Source: Macrostomum hystrix (Eukaryota; Animalia; Platyhelminthes). Taken from it: a stretch of 64,000 nucleotides of DNA. The notes under the pieces are model-generated. The model saw only the letters and a program-made list of their open reading frames with translations, was not told where the DNA came from and did not search any database. Where the stretch lies: assembly GCA_950097015.1 (NCBI GenBank), contig CATNEN010000001.1, positions 18,600,001 to 18,664,000 on the forward strand. The letters are read 5' to 3'. A program made the translations under genes and the position numbers. Position 1 is the first letter of the stretch, and each line of letters opens with the position of its first letter. Below, piece by piece: positions 12,500-24,372 of this stretch.

Positions 12500-13075
12500 A
12501 AATTCCCGAAACATACCACCCCGCTCACTTTAGCGGGTTGGTATACCCCCTAAATAGAAGCCGGTATAGCTAAACTCCCGAAACCAAGCATAGAGAACAT
12601 GTAAGATAAGCAAGTTTGCGAAAAGTAGGTGCGAACCCTAGTTTGCGGCAGTTAATACAAAAATGTTTCATGCGAAAATTCTTACGAAGGGGAATTTCAC
12701 CCCACTAAGTATGTTTTTGGATTTTGATTAGTTTATAATAGTTTTTAAGAGGTTTTGGCGCCGAGATGGCCTTTTTGATTTGAACCGCCTTCCCTCCCCT
12801 AAAGAAGCATAGAATTTCCCAAGGCATACCACCCCGCTCACTTTAGCGGGTTGGTGTCCCTCCTAATTTAGAAGCTGTCCTAAATTGAACTCCCACAGAC
12901 CCACCAATATGAAACAAGATAAGGCAGAGGTGCCATGCATGATGTGGTGCGAATAAAAGTAAAATGCTCTTTGAGAAAAGAAGGTGCATACCCTAGTTTG
13001 CTACAATTAGATAAGCATCTCATGCGAACAAATACTAGGGGAATTTCACCCCACTATGTGTATTTTTGTGGTTTT
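12500..13075. repeat. Two diverged ~230-bp direct repeats with a conserved hairpin inside the LTR element
   Basis: CATACCACCCCGCTCACTTTAGCGGGTTGGT at ~12512 and ~12825; GGGGAATTTCACCCCACTA at ~12689 and ~13038. Confidence 0.75.
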
Positions 13076-13324
13076 GGCTAAAATTCTAAGAGTTTTTTTT
13101 GTGTGAGATTTTTGCCAAGGCGGCTTTAGATGAAAAGGGAAAACATGCACAATAGGAGGAAAAGAACAAACGGTGCAGAGTGCGAATTATTACTAAAAGG
13201 AAAAGGAAGAACGGAAGGGAGGGTAGCTCGAGGAAAAAAAAGGGCTCAGGCGAACAAGGGATGTCGAATCATAAGCTGTTGACCCCTGTGCTCCCTGCGA
13301 AAGTTCCAGAAACTGAAAGTCCCC

Positions 13325-13936
13325 TTACTCCGGTCCTGCTTCTCCCCTATCTTCCACTTCCTCCCCAATAGCTGTGCTCTCTGCCTCCACTCCACTTTCT
13401 TCTTCTCCATCCATTAACCTTACCATGCGGCCGAGGGTACTATTGCCCGGCGGCGACAGCGAGGCGGCTGAGCTCCCCAGCTCCCAGCTCCTTCCAGGCA
13501 CAGAGCTGTGTCCTGACTCCTGAGTCGGGCCGGCTTCGCCGCGTTGCAGCCACAGTCTCACCAGCTGATGTTCGAACTCAGCCCTGCCCGGAATCCAGGT
13601 TGACCGCAGCCAGGGCACTAGGGCTTCCGGCACCGACATGCCCCATTCTTCCGGCGGGCTGTACTCCGGCCACCGGAGGTACTGCGGCAGGGCTTCCTCG
13701 TACTCGTCCCGCGGCGGACAGGGGTCTCGCTCTTCTCCCCACGCTTGCGCCAGCCAACGCGACTCCGCCAGCCGGCAGGCGAGGGCGAGGTCCACGCCCA
13801 CTTGAGCTGCTTGTCCTAGCAGTGGCAGCAACCACAGGCGGACCATTAGCCAGGTGCGCCTGCCAGCGAGTTCTCGGCGGCAGTCAGTTGCAGCTACATC
13901 GAGCCACCATGCTAAAGCCATCTCTCTACTTGCCAT
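13325..13936 (-). CDS. ORF3 of the LTR element, 203-aa Trp-rich protein of unknown function
   Basis: ATG-initiated intact ORF in env-like position downstream of pro; 12 Trp; acidic tail; TTTAG|GC acceptor-like site just before the ATG. Confidence 0.55.
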   Translation of the reverse strand: MASREMALAWWLDVAATDCRRELAGRRTWLMVRLWLLPLLGQAAQVGVDLALACRLAESRWLAQAWGEERDPCPPRDEYEEALPQYLRWPEYSPPEEWGMSVPEALVPWLRSTWIPGRAEFEHQLVRLWLQRGEAGPTQESGHSSVPGRSWELGSSAASLSPPGNSTLGRMVRLMDGEEESGVEAESTAIGEEVEDRGEAGPE

Positions 13937-14082
13937 GCCTAAACTAGTTTCTTGGTCTTTTAGCGAGAGTAAACTTTCCCTACTTAATTTTCCCGGCCCT
14001 TACTTGAATAAGTCGACAACCAGAGAAGGGGTGGGGTGGGCGAGGAAAGAAAATTGTGATTAACCCTAGGTCACGGTGACCC

Positions 14083-14634
14083 TCATTTAAAAATAGCCTT
14101 CCGCCTGAGTGAAAATGGGAGAAATTGGCGATAAATGATTAATTGGCGCGAGTCAAAGTCAATGATGGCATGATGGTGAGCCAACCAGGAGGCGCCGAGC
14201 AGGGGAGAGCAGTCGCCCTCAACCACTAGGAACAGTGTGTCCAGCGCTTCGGTGCCAACCTGTAATTTGACTTTGACCTGCGCCTGTGCAACAATTGGTG
14301 TGCCATTGTAAGCAAAAAGGGAAAATTGCGGGGGTTCGAATGGGTAGTGTCGGAAGATCGATGACAACGAGCCCGGGAGCACATTCACCATGGACCCAGT
14401 GTCGATAAGGAGGTCCAGGGGTGCCCCATCCACCTCCAAGGCTACCCACACCTCACTAAGCTTCTCAGAGCGATTCGGGCGGGTGCGCACTTGGGTGGGG
14501 ACTCGGCCGAGTGAATTCACTCGGACTTCTCGGAGGTCGGAGGCGGCGGTTGCCGCCGCTCCGACGGTCGGGCTGCGGGCTGGGTCGCGGAGCCGTTGGC
14601 CTGCCTCCAATTGGCGGCCCCGTTCCCATTTCCC
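14083..14634 (-). CDS. Retropepsin-like aspartic protease, expressed as Gag-Pro by -1 frameshift
   Basis: LLIDTGS...PLLGASWL motifs; -1 frame overlapping the gag 3' end; terminates at 14083 with no RT downstream. Confidence 0.88.
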   Translation of the reverse strand, partial: GKWERGRQLEAGQRLRDPARSPTVGAAATAASDLREVRVNSLGRVPTQVRTRPNRSEKLSEVWVALEVDGAPLDLLIDTGSMVNVLPGSLSSIFRHYPFEPPQFSLFAYNGTPIVAQAQVKVKLQVGTEALDTLFLVVEGDCSPLLGASWLAHHHAIIDFDSRQLIIYRQFLPFSLRRKAIFK

Positions 14635-15575
14635 ATCGCCACCTCACGATTCGCTTCTCTAGCGGCCCCGTGTTCTGCACGCTTCGGGTGCCACTGATGC
14701 CCGGTTGGGTGTGGGCAGAGAGGGGGGGTGGGGTTGGGCTTGGCTTCCCGCAGCTGCTGAGAAATCTCAGCTAGCTGCTGGGTCACCTTGGTTAATTCTG
14801 CCAACAGCCTGTGCTGCGGCTCTGGCTGATCCGGTTCGTCATCTAACTCTGTCCTGATTTGGCGCACCCGCCGGCGAGGATCCCGCTCCACCGCCATTTC
14901 ATGCGCCTGCGTGGCAGCACGCAGTTCGGCGGCGGCGGCCTCAGCCGTGGCAAACTCCATCCGCATGATGGGTGCCAACACCTCGGGTGGGGCCACTATC
15001 CCCTCCATAAATGAGGCCAACAAGGCGCGCTCGAAGTGCGCACCGTGGCCGTTGGGGGTGGCCTGCAGGGCCGCTGTTCTGAGTCTATCGGCGAAGGCGG
15101 GGTACGTCTCGTCCCGTCCTTGCTTCAAATTACGCCCACTCAGCAACCGGGCGTAGGGGGTGCAGGCGCCACTAAGGGCCTCGGTCAGATCCTGCACGAA
15201 TCTAATGTAGGTCACCCGGCGGGGCAATCCTAGCGCCTCGGTGAGGGGCTCGCCACTCAGGTGAGCGAGGAGGGTGAGGATCTTTTCCTCCTCGGTTTCA
15301 AGGGCCTCCGCCTCCAGCTTCAGGCTGAATCGGCGCAGCCAGAGGGGAAAAGAATCCTCCCGGGACTCATACGGTTCAATGGCGACTTTGACCCGGTGAT
15401 TCCGAGGTCGCCGCACTTCTAATCGCTCTAAAAGCAGCGCTAGGCGCTCCACAGGGTCGGCTTGCTGTGCTGCAGCAGCCGCTGGGGGTTCGGCGCGCGC
15501 CGCAGCTGCGGCGCGGCCTCTGGGTGAGCGGTTGACTCCAACCACTTCCACCACCTCACCCTCCTGGTCGGACAT
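14517..15575 (-). CDS. Gag (capsid-like) of the Gypsy-like element
   Basis: Intact ORF from ATG 15575; capsid-type signatures (FPLWLRRF, LLAHLSGEP, LKQGRDETYPAFADRL, FMEGI). Confidence 0.85.
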   Translation of the reverse strand: MSDQEGEVVEVVGVNRSPRGRAAAAARAEPPAAAAAQQADPVERLALLLERLEVRRPRNHRVKVAIEPYESREDSFPLWLRRFSLKLEAEALETEEEKILTLLAHLSGEPLTEALGLPRRVTYIRFVQDLTEALSGACTPYARLLSGRNLKQGRDETYPAFADRLRTAALQATPNGHGAHFERALLASFMEGIVAPPEVLAPIMRMEFATAEAAAAELRAATQAHEMAVERDPRRRVRQIRTELDDEPDQPEPQHRLLAELTKVTQQLAEISQQLREAKPNPTPPLCPHPTGHQWHPKRAEHGAAREANREVAMGNGNGAANWRQANGSATQPAARPSERRQPPPPTSEKSE

Positions 15576-16888
15576 TTTCGGCCAAAAGAGGAATGAGGGT
15601 TTTGCGAATGAAAAAGAGGGGGGGTCTGTCGCTAATGCAACAATGGGGGAGGGGAGGAAAAGGAAAACACAGATCACGACCGGAGATCGTGCGGGGGGAA
15701 AGAAAAACGAGCCTGAGCTGTGAAGTCACCAGCCCTGATTAATTATGTGGGTGAATTCCTACTCCTAGCAACCCTACAGCAAAAAGGCAATTAAAGGTCA
15801 ATTAGAGAGAAAAAGGGCCCAGGGCCCTGGCTAGCTTTGCTTCCAGCCTTGGCCTCTGACAACTGTTTGCGCGCACTGAAGTTTGGGACATAGAAGTCTA
15901 GGTTTTAACTTAGCACTCGTTCTGCAATCCTATAGCGGACTGTTACACTATAGGTACGGCGGAGTCAGCACCACCACAGGCTTGCGCCTGCAGCAGCCTG
16001 CCCAAGGGTCATCAGCCGACCTAGGAAAGCCGGATCTACTGCATATGGCAGCTTCCCATATCACCCACATGTCACCTCGATGGGTAGACTATATGGGGTG
16101 CTCTGTCCAAGGTCTTTGGCCTACCCACCCCACCTCGGAAAGTACACGATCCAATAGGGTTCATTTCAAGAAGGGTCAATCCCCGGTGCTAGGGGAGTCA
16201 TCGGTTCCTGGCTGCATTGCCAGGGGCTCCCGTCGCTCGGTTAGAAGGCCGTAGGGACAATGCCCGGCTCTTTGTTAAGACTGGCCCAACCTGGTCTCCC
16301 TGTAGCCTAAGAGAACCGTGCCGACCAAATTCTAGCCCGTCCTTAGGGTCGAACAAGAGACTATGCACAGCTTCGGGGCGCTAGCGCGGGTGTCGTTAGA
16401 CTCGACGGCTGCTTTCTGGAAAACGGTATGGTCGCCGGATCCCAGCCCCCTAACAGGTCCTTGCCTAAGGCAGACTTGGTCAAAGTTATGCAGCACTTTC
16501 GTATGCGAGTACTCGGAAGCAGGCCCCCCGCGACACCGGTAAGTCAACGTTTATACTAGGAACCCATCAGGCAGTACTACGCATCCTACGGTAACCACAT
16601 AACCCGAAGACACTCTAGCATGAAATCCGCTCACACAGCCTACTCTTAGTAGAAAGACACTAATCAGAAATTTTTGAGATTCTAACAAAAACCTTACATT
16701 AGATTGAAATCAATTTGCAACTGTTCAAAGAATTAGTTGACAGTTACTAGAGCTGAAATTCGGTCTTTAGAGATAAGATTCCGGCATACGGATAATGAAA
16801 TCTAGAAGGAGCCCTTACGGCTAGCTACTACAGAAATCTGCAGCGCTAAACTAAATTGAAATTTCAAGTTCGTTTCGCGCCCTTTCTA

Positions 16889-16909
16889 GATCCCACCTCG
16901 ATGCCACCA
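16889..16909 (-). promoter_or_regulatory. Primer binding site (tRNA-Leu-like)
   Basis: Minus strand reads TGGTGGCATCGAGGTGGGATC starting 2 nt inside the 5' LTR boundary; resembles the complement of a tRNA-Leu 3' end (TGGTGGCAGCGGTGGGA), imperfectly. Confidence 0.7.
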
Positions 16910-16911
16910 TT

Positions 16912-18664
16912 TGAAACGGTGCGGGTCTTTTGCTAGCCAGTGACCTGCCCCCTGGGGAGGATTTTAGGAAACAAGGCAGCGGTGGAGACAATGGGTCCCA
17001 GCGCGAAGCTGCTCACGAGTTGTCACGAGATACAGCGGGGAAGAAGGGGAGAAGTCAAAGGCTGCAACTGAGTGGTCCTATTGGCCTCAGGCTGGCCAGT
17101 CCCACCCAACCCATAGGCCACAGGCATGACTGCCGTGCCTACCCCAAGCAGTGCTCGAAACCGGCTAAAAGTCTAAATGGATGTCGGACTACCCGCAAGC
17201 AGATAGGACAGGGCTAGATAGCCTACTGTCATCAGTAGCATGTTCGTAACTGACTCCTAACTTTGGTAGCAGTGGTCGACTCGGCCTAGGCTCTTGTCTT
17301 AGAAATGCGGAAAGGCTATCGGCAAAGCGGATAAATGATCGAAGGTAGCGCCACCACCCAATGCGCCTACGTTGCCACCGCAGACATTTGGGAACTTGGG
17401 TCCCCGGAGCTCGCAGCTCCCAGTTTGTCACACAGATCTTAGACAAGCCGAAAAATAGAGCATTCTGTAACTTCCGTTTTAGACTAGGGTGAAGACCCCA
17501 GAATGAATCGAGTCACGCCTCAACAGGGGATTCCTGAAACTGCGCTACAGTGGTCTAGAAAGGTGGTACTCAGAACCTGAATGAGAAATCCATAGCCAGA
17601 ATCCTACTCATGAGACGTTAGACACATTCCGTACATTAGGCTACAGCCTACACATTAGATAACTAGCAAATCCGAATCTGTGTGAGTTGAGGAAATCAGA
17701 GGCAGGAGAGATTAAGCTGAACACTGGCTGAGTGATTATGCAAGTAGGAAATTATTAGATCACGCCCCTCGCTCCCATGGCCGCGGTTGCGAGAGGCGGG
17801 GAATAGAGGGAGAATTCAATTTGGCAAAGGAACTTGACGCGTACACTGGAATCCGCCGAGAGAGTGAGGAAAACCGGCCAAGAAATCCCCCACCTCTTAG
17901 GCAGAAATGCACACGCTACATCCCGCATTTAGCTCGCAAATCCCTAGCTCCCTACTACTCTCATGCGCGCTTTACAGTTGCCTTCCTGCCGCAGCCTTCA
18001 GCTCGGCCGTGCCAGAGCCCATCCCCCTAGGGCTTTAGGGGCAGCGCAGCGCGCTTTCTTAAATAGTCCTGCAGCTCCGTCAACCTCGCATTCATCAAGA
18101 TAACCCACATGCTCGCCAGCCTGTCAGCGAGGAATCGGGTCGGCATTACGCCACCCCAATTGCCCACTGAAGCGGCGGCGAGAATCGCCAGATGCCCCAC
18201 TAGGAGCGTCTGCCGGCAGTCGGCCAATGATTGTGATCCCGCCGGGATATGGGAAGCGCAGGCGCCGACCTGCCTATAGTGTCGTTACATGTATCTAAAG
18301 GGGGAAAGGTCATAATCGAGCTTCGGCTCGGGTTACAGTAAAGAAGAGGGGGACATGAAGAATTACTGCTCACTCTAGACGCATGAGTGATCCCTAAAAT
18401 CTGATCGCGGTTTGGAGGGGAATCATGACCTAGACTAGTCCATACAGTATTGCTATGGCCGCGATCAGTCACTTCTACAGGGGACTAGACAGATCCGAGA
18501 CAAGGGGAATCGGCGGCTACTTAATTCACCTCCGCCCCAAGTCTGGCCCGAAGATTAATGATGGTGTCCTGCGGCCAGCTGCTATCGCGATTATTGACTT
18601 GCTAAAAATGGAAAAATTTGGCTGGCTCACATCCCCACTCGATTCCGCAGCACACTCCACATCA
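16912..18664 (-). repeat. 5' LTR (1753 bp, internally deleted)
   Basis: TGAAACGG...CCACATCA followed by the TSD CAAT; direct repeat of the left LTR. Confidence 0.93.
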
Positions 18665-20010
18665 CAATTACAGCTCATCATTGCTAGTTCTTCGGTTGCT
18701 TGAAGTTAATTTATTTTGTTTTTCAGTGACAGCGATTTTCGTCATGATTGCTTTCTTGTGGTGGGAATCTTGCGTTTAATTTTGACACTGTTTTATGCTT
18801 CTGCTGCTTGCACGCTTCAGCGTTCCGAAAGTTTCTTTTTTCTAATGCGCTTGGTTTTGAGTTTGCACACGGTACAGTATAGGATGCTTCTCATTAATTT
18901 AAGTTTTTTCGGGCTATGCGATCTTAGTTCTCACAAAAATTTAATATTTTTTTTCAATATATATTTTATTAGTTACGTTTGTTTAAGGACGCGAAATGTC
19001 CTATGAGCTGTTTTTTTTACAGAATTAGTGGAATTTTAATAGATGCGAGGCGTTTGGTTTGTTGAAAGTTTTTAAGAAGCTTTTTGCGGGTTCGCTGCTG
19101 TCTATCTGCTTGTCTTTGGTAGCATTGCTTGTTACTACTCGTAGTTATGTTGCGTCGACCTAGTTTCGTTTTTTGGCCTATTTCGCTAGCTGTTATGCGT
19201 TTGGCTTCCAGGTTTTGCTGATGGCAGTTTTGTTTGAGATGTTTTTTGCGCGAGTCTGCTTCTTAATCATTATTTCTTTATTGAATTTTGCCAAGTTATT
19301 CGGATAGCTAGCGCGTATTGCATATCCTAGTTTTTTTGCAATGCGTCAATTCAATTCGTACATAGAATTATTTTTCGTTTCGATTGCAGCGAATTTTCTT
19401 AATGCGTAAACCTTTGTTAGTCGTGTTTTTTCAATAAGTTTTTCAAGTTCTCATCAGAGCTACTGTATTAGCAGGTTGACTTATCGGTTTCTCATTCACA
19501 ATCATTTTGCTTTTTTTAGTTTTTGGTGTCAGCGTTATCTGCGAAATCTGCTAGTTTTTTCCTGATAGAGTGCTATCAGGAATGGGGGTATGTTGTGAAG
19601 GCTTTTCCCTCTTTTGTACTGTATATGTACGCAAGTCCACCACTCAGCCTACTCCGCCTGCCCCACCCCATTTTTGATTTGAGGTTGGCCGCACTGGAGC
19701 TTTTATAAATGTGGAATGTTGACTTATAATAGTTAAGGAGTTGTTTTTCGCGCTCAGCGTTTTTTGTGGCAGATTATAGTCAATTAACAAATTTACGAGT
19801 CATCGTTGTTGAAGCCTTAATTTATCTTATAGTCTGCTGAACACTTTCCACGCTCTGTTCCATAGGTTCTTTTAGGTAGGTAATAGTATAGTCAGTAGTA
19901 TCTTCTCCAAGTTAGGTATTTTTGGAGTCTGGAACTGCGCGGTTGCTCATAAACTGCGAATCTTGCTCACACATACTTGCTCTGGTTAAATTCAATGCTC
20001 GCTACTCACC

Positions 20011-22015
20011 ATGGCTGACATGGAAACTGATCCAACTCGCGAACCGGAGCCTCCGGAATTGAGCACCCAGAGGATCATGGATGCTCAGGCACTTGCCACT
20101 GTCACCGTTACTGACAGTACCACCGGGACTGTAGCTGCCTCCGCGGACACTCCGGGTCCGAACGCTGCCACCACTTCTAACTCTGCCGCTGTAACCTCGA
20201 CTGCCACCCAGACTCCCTCGTCAGCGAATGAATCGCTCTTCCCGACGACTCCACGTCCCAGGAAGAAGAGGTCCAGGCAATCATATGATCCAAGTCCAAA
20301 ACAGCCCACTTATAGAAAATCTCCAATAGAAGGCAAAGCAGTGGCATTGCCAAAAAATCTCGGTCTGGTTCATAGTCTTGACAACTCACCGACACCTGCT
20401 CTGACGACACAGCTTCGGGGACATGCGATGAGCCCGAGGGCGAATATGTATCTCTTTTGTCGGACGAGGAGCCGCCGGGCATGTTTAAGACGCCAGACGG
20501 TCGTGTCTCCAACGCTATGGCAACTCCACCCGCATCGAGTCTTCCGATGGCGCCATCGTCGGCGCCGGCGGGCCGTCCGGTGTCTACGCCGCACAAGCTC
20601 GGTTCGGCTGAGGCTGCTGCTGCCGCCACTGCTGCAAGACACATGAAACAACCAAAGTAACGACTCCTAAGTCACCAAATATACTCGACTCCAATAACAA
20701 TACTCCAACAGCCGACATCCTCCTGTATGCACCGGGAAGCACTGATCTGGCAGTGCCCCCCTTTAGTCTGCCTACGAAGCTGTGCCAGGATGGGCAACAC
20801 GGCTACAAATACTATGATGCCAGTTCTCACTATAAACTATAAAGTCCTTTCCTCACCAACCCGACGAAAGGAAACGCGTATACTGGTACGGACCAGAGTA
20901 CTCCTACTCCGACGTTGCACTGAAGGAAAAAAATAATTGGCATCCTTTTATCTTGCACATCAAAGAATATCAAACTAAGATTCTTGACCTACCGGGCTTC
21001 AATTCGTGTCTGGTTAACTTTACACACGCCATGATGTTGACATTCCATGGCACAGCGACGATGAGCCAGAACTAGGCAAGGATCCGACCATCGCCCCTGT
21101 ATCCTTCGGTGCGGTGCGGAGGTTCAAGGTCAAGAGGAACAACGACGACAATATAATCTGACTACCTGACCCTACCTGGCTCTGTTATTATTATGAGCGG
21201 AAGCAGCCAGCGTAGGACAAAGCATTGCGTCCCGGCCACGCCACTAGATCAGTTGGGCCAGCGAGTGTCCCTGACATTCAGGGTCACTGACTCGACACTG
21301 CGACGCATCCACCTTCTACGGTGCCGAAACCGCCGGCCGCATCACTAGCGGCGCAGCAGCGGCGGCGGCGACAAGATCGACGGCAGCTGCACCGGCCCTG
21401 GAGAGGACGGCGACGGCAGCGGCGGCAACGCCTGCGCGGCCTGGTGCCGCGGCAGATGTTGCTGTCTCCTCGGTCCCTCGGCAGAGGGGAATGCCTAGCC
21501 AAGGTGGCGGTGCGCAAAGCCAAAGTGCAGCTAGTCAACGTACCAACGTAGTTGCCGGCAAAGCTGGTTTGCGTAACCAACGAGGACGACCGGACCACTT
21601 TTCTGGCATCTGTCCGGTCGTCTTCGAGGTAGCAGAACAAGCGGCCCGCAACCAGCTAAAATTCTGCCAATGGCTCGGCACAAACTTTGCGGGCACCGCT
21701 CGCGCGAACAACACGCGCTGTGTTTTCAAGCAGGCCGCATATCTGGTTATACCTGCCTCCGAACAAGATCATTAATATTTCTTTTATGATCCGTTGACGG
21801 AACCCCTGTTCGAGGAGCAAGCCTTGGCCCGCTGGTTACCACTATCTAGACCTCTTGACGCCCGGCACTGAGCTGACCAGCTAAACGAGCCGAGACCACA
21901 TTCGTGGTCTGAGATGTCGATCTATACGTACAAGTGGATGATTTAAAGGCAATTTTAGAAGCCAACAATATTCCCGGTGTCATCGGGGCACAAAAAATTA
22001 CTCGGTGTACTAACA
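20011..22015 (+). pseudogene. Decayed retroelement Gag/LINE-ORF1-like coding remnant
   Basis: Low-complexity N-terminal ORF, then interrupted segments NQLKFCQWL...AAYLVIP and TTFVV*DVDLYVQVDDLKAILEANNIPGVIGAQKITR, reminiscent of LINE ORF1; several stops and frameshifts. Confidence 0.35.
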
Positions 22016-23604
22016 GTCAACCCTCCAGGCTACTGAGGGACTTTGTGAGGCAGTGTATAAATTAGGATTTTTTTATCATTTAAATTTCCGCCATTTTTAC
22101 GCTCTAACTTTTAATCGTTTTATCACTCAGAGCTCGTTGCTCGTTATATGCGCCCCTGCTGGTTATGCACCCACCCCCTTTTTGTGTATATATACAATGC
22201 GATGTTAAACCCTCTGATAACCGACTCTCCCCCCCGTTCTCAGCGATAATAAACTCAAGCAATAACATTTCCTACTTATTTCCGTGTTTTTCTGTTAAAT
22301 AAACCGAGTTCCTTAGTCATTTTCCTAATAGGAATAACAATTAGATTCCTTTACCTTCCCAATCCTCTCCCAAAAGATCTCTCGTCGGCCTTCCTTACCC
22401 AAACCCACCCTACGATCCTTTTTAAATCCCGGTATACCATCCTAAAATCCTGCCTACAATCCACCTGAAGTCTATCTGAAGTCCACCTGAAGTCCCTAAA
22501 TACCCCCCTGAAGTCCCAAACTCAGCCTATATCCTCCTAATGAGACTATACTAATCCCGGACTCCATAGAAAAAAATAAGTGAGAGTGTGAAAGCGCTCA
22601 CTAGGCAACTTCAATCCATCCTAATACGCCCCACGGACTGTGTGCCCCAGATCAGTAACCTTAGCCCTCGTGCCAGCAGCAGTAAATTCCGTTCCCCTTA
22701 GTAGCTAGTGTCTTGCCGCTCGGGCATTAGCGCTACCTTGGGTATACCCGAACTCGTGGAAAATACCTACTCTCACCCTCATAAATTACGCTACCATCCC
22801 CCCCAAATACTCAGCTCACCAATCCCAAATTCCATAAATAGAGAGAACTGAGGTAATTAACTCGAAACAGAATCTAACGCGCGGTTACTAACATGCATTT
22901 TCGGCTGTTAGTATACTACCAACAAACATTTTTTTGTATATTGATTATTATTATTTCCGCAACTTTTATGGAATTAAAATGCTTTTTTATGGAATTATGG
23001 AATTTTTATGGAATCATTAGCTGGTGTCTAGATTTTTATATCACAACTGTCTTTATCTTAAGTCATAAGCATGCGACGTATTAATAAATTTAAAGACCTT
23101 GACCATAGTACGAGCGTATAATTTATTATAGTTGCTTTGAGATGTTAGTCTCTATAGGTGTGCTCAAGAGTCGGACGATGCTCAATATCCCGACTAATTA
23201 AGTTTTGTGGGGGAATAAACAAGGTGAGAGAGGGTGCAGCGGTCTTGCGGTTTTAAGTGTACATTCATGGGAGCCATGTGTTTACGCAACTCCATAGCCA
23301 GCACCGACGCGCTTGCAGATAAGCCTCCGCCCCTGGACAAAGCAGGCGGTGTCTTTGATCTTCGTACCTGGGGGTAGCTAAAGGTGTGCCAAAGCAAGAA
23401 CTATTAGAAATCGCTGCGAAAACAAGTTGATCAGAGTGTGCGGGGACTGAGACAGCAAACAATGACTGGGAGAATTTCATATAAATAAATGCAATTATTA
23501 AATTAAATATCTTACAAAGAAATTCTTGAATTCGCGCCTATATAAAGCTGGTGAATCTTAAGCAGCCAGCTAAAGGACTAATGCAAAAAGTTTAAGTCTA
23601 GAAC

Positions 23605-24372
23605 ATGAAGCCTGCGACAAGGAATGCTACATTTGAAGTCTGCACCACCTGCAACAAGTGCGTTCTTGGTGAACTAAACGCAAAGCAGCACGCAAAGTGT
23701 TCAACGACAAATTGGTTGGCATGCTGGCAATGCGGCATCGTGCAGCAACTGGTTGGCAGAGGGACAGCAAACCAATTTTTGAAGACTCATCCCAGCCATG
23801 CAATGCTAGCAAGCGGTGATGCGGGCAGGAAGGACTGCCGGCGAATGATCATGCACGAGGCGCGAAAGCTGAGACAGAGGCATCCGGCAGCCAGTGGAGC
23901 TCTTAGCCAAGTCATCCGGGACGTTGTCAGCGGAAGTGCCAACAGTTCTGGAGAGGAATTTCAACATAAGCCACTAAGGGTTCCTAAAATTCGTGGCAAA
24001 AGGATGGAGCTTTACGGCTCCAGTCCTATGCTGATTGAGGAGAGCTCCTTTAATGGTGAAGATGAGCAGCTTCAGGCTGACACGGCTGGTGGCGCACCGA
24101 GGGAAATCCACAACTCCAGCCCCGTGCTGATGATGGAAGGCTCTGAATGTGCTGGCGAGCATGTAGATGCTGTCCCTGTCAATGATCTACCTGCTCAACC
24201 TGCTGCTGCTGCTGCAATACCTGTCGTAATCGCTGAGCCGGTCGAAAATCTGCCTGGTCAAACTGCTGCTTTTGTCCTGCCACTGCTGCCCGATTATGCC
24301 GAGATGGCTCCTGCTGATGGTTTCGAACCTGCGTTCGATCTAGGAGCAGTTCTAGATGAGATCGAACAGTAG
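23605..24372 (+). CDS. 255-aa intronless protein with Cys/His-rich N-terminus and acidic C-terminus, function unknown
   Basis: Intact ATG-TAG ORF with TATATAAA ~60 bp upstream; CTTCNKC...HAKC...CWQC...HPSH. Confidence 0.55.
   Translation: MKPATRNATFEVCTTCNKCVLGELNAKQHAKCSTTNWLACWQCGIVQQLVGRGTANQFLKTHPSHAMLASGDAGRKDCRRMIMHEARKLRQRHPAASGALSQVIRDVVSGSANSSGEEFQHKPLRVPKIRGKRMELYGSSPMLIEESSFNGEDEQLQADTAGGAPREIHNSSPVLMMEGSECAGEHVDAVPVNDLPAQPAAAAAIPVVIAEPVENLPGQTAAFVLPLLPDYAEMAPADGFEPAFDLGAVLDEIEQ

Larger units (their letters stand above)
3250..18664 (-). mobile_element. Non-autonomous Ty3/Gypsy-like LTR retrotransposon (gag-pro plus accessory ORFs, no RT/RH/IN)
   Basis: Near-identical TG...CA LTRs, 4-bp TSD CAAT (3246-3249 and 18665-18668), PBS next to the right LTR and PPT next to the left LTR, gag and aspartic protease ORFs on the minus strand. 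Confidence 0.92.

Noticed and set aside
22054-22892. Possible LTR (TGTATAA...AACA) belonging to the BEL element
   Set aside because: No second copy, TSD or clear PPT in the window; boundaries cannot be supported.
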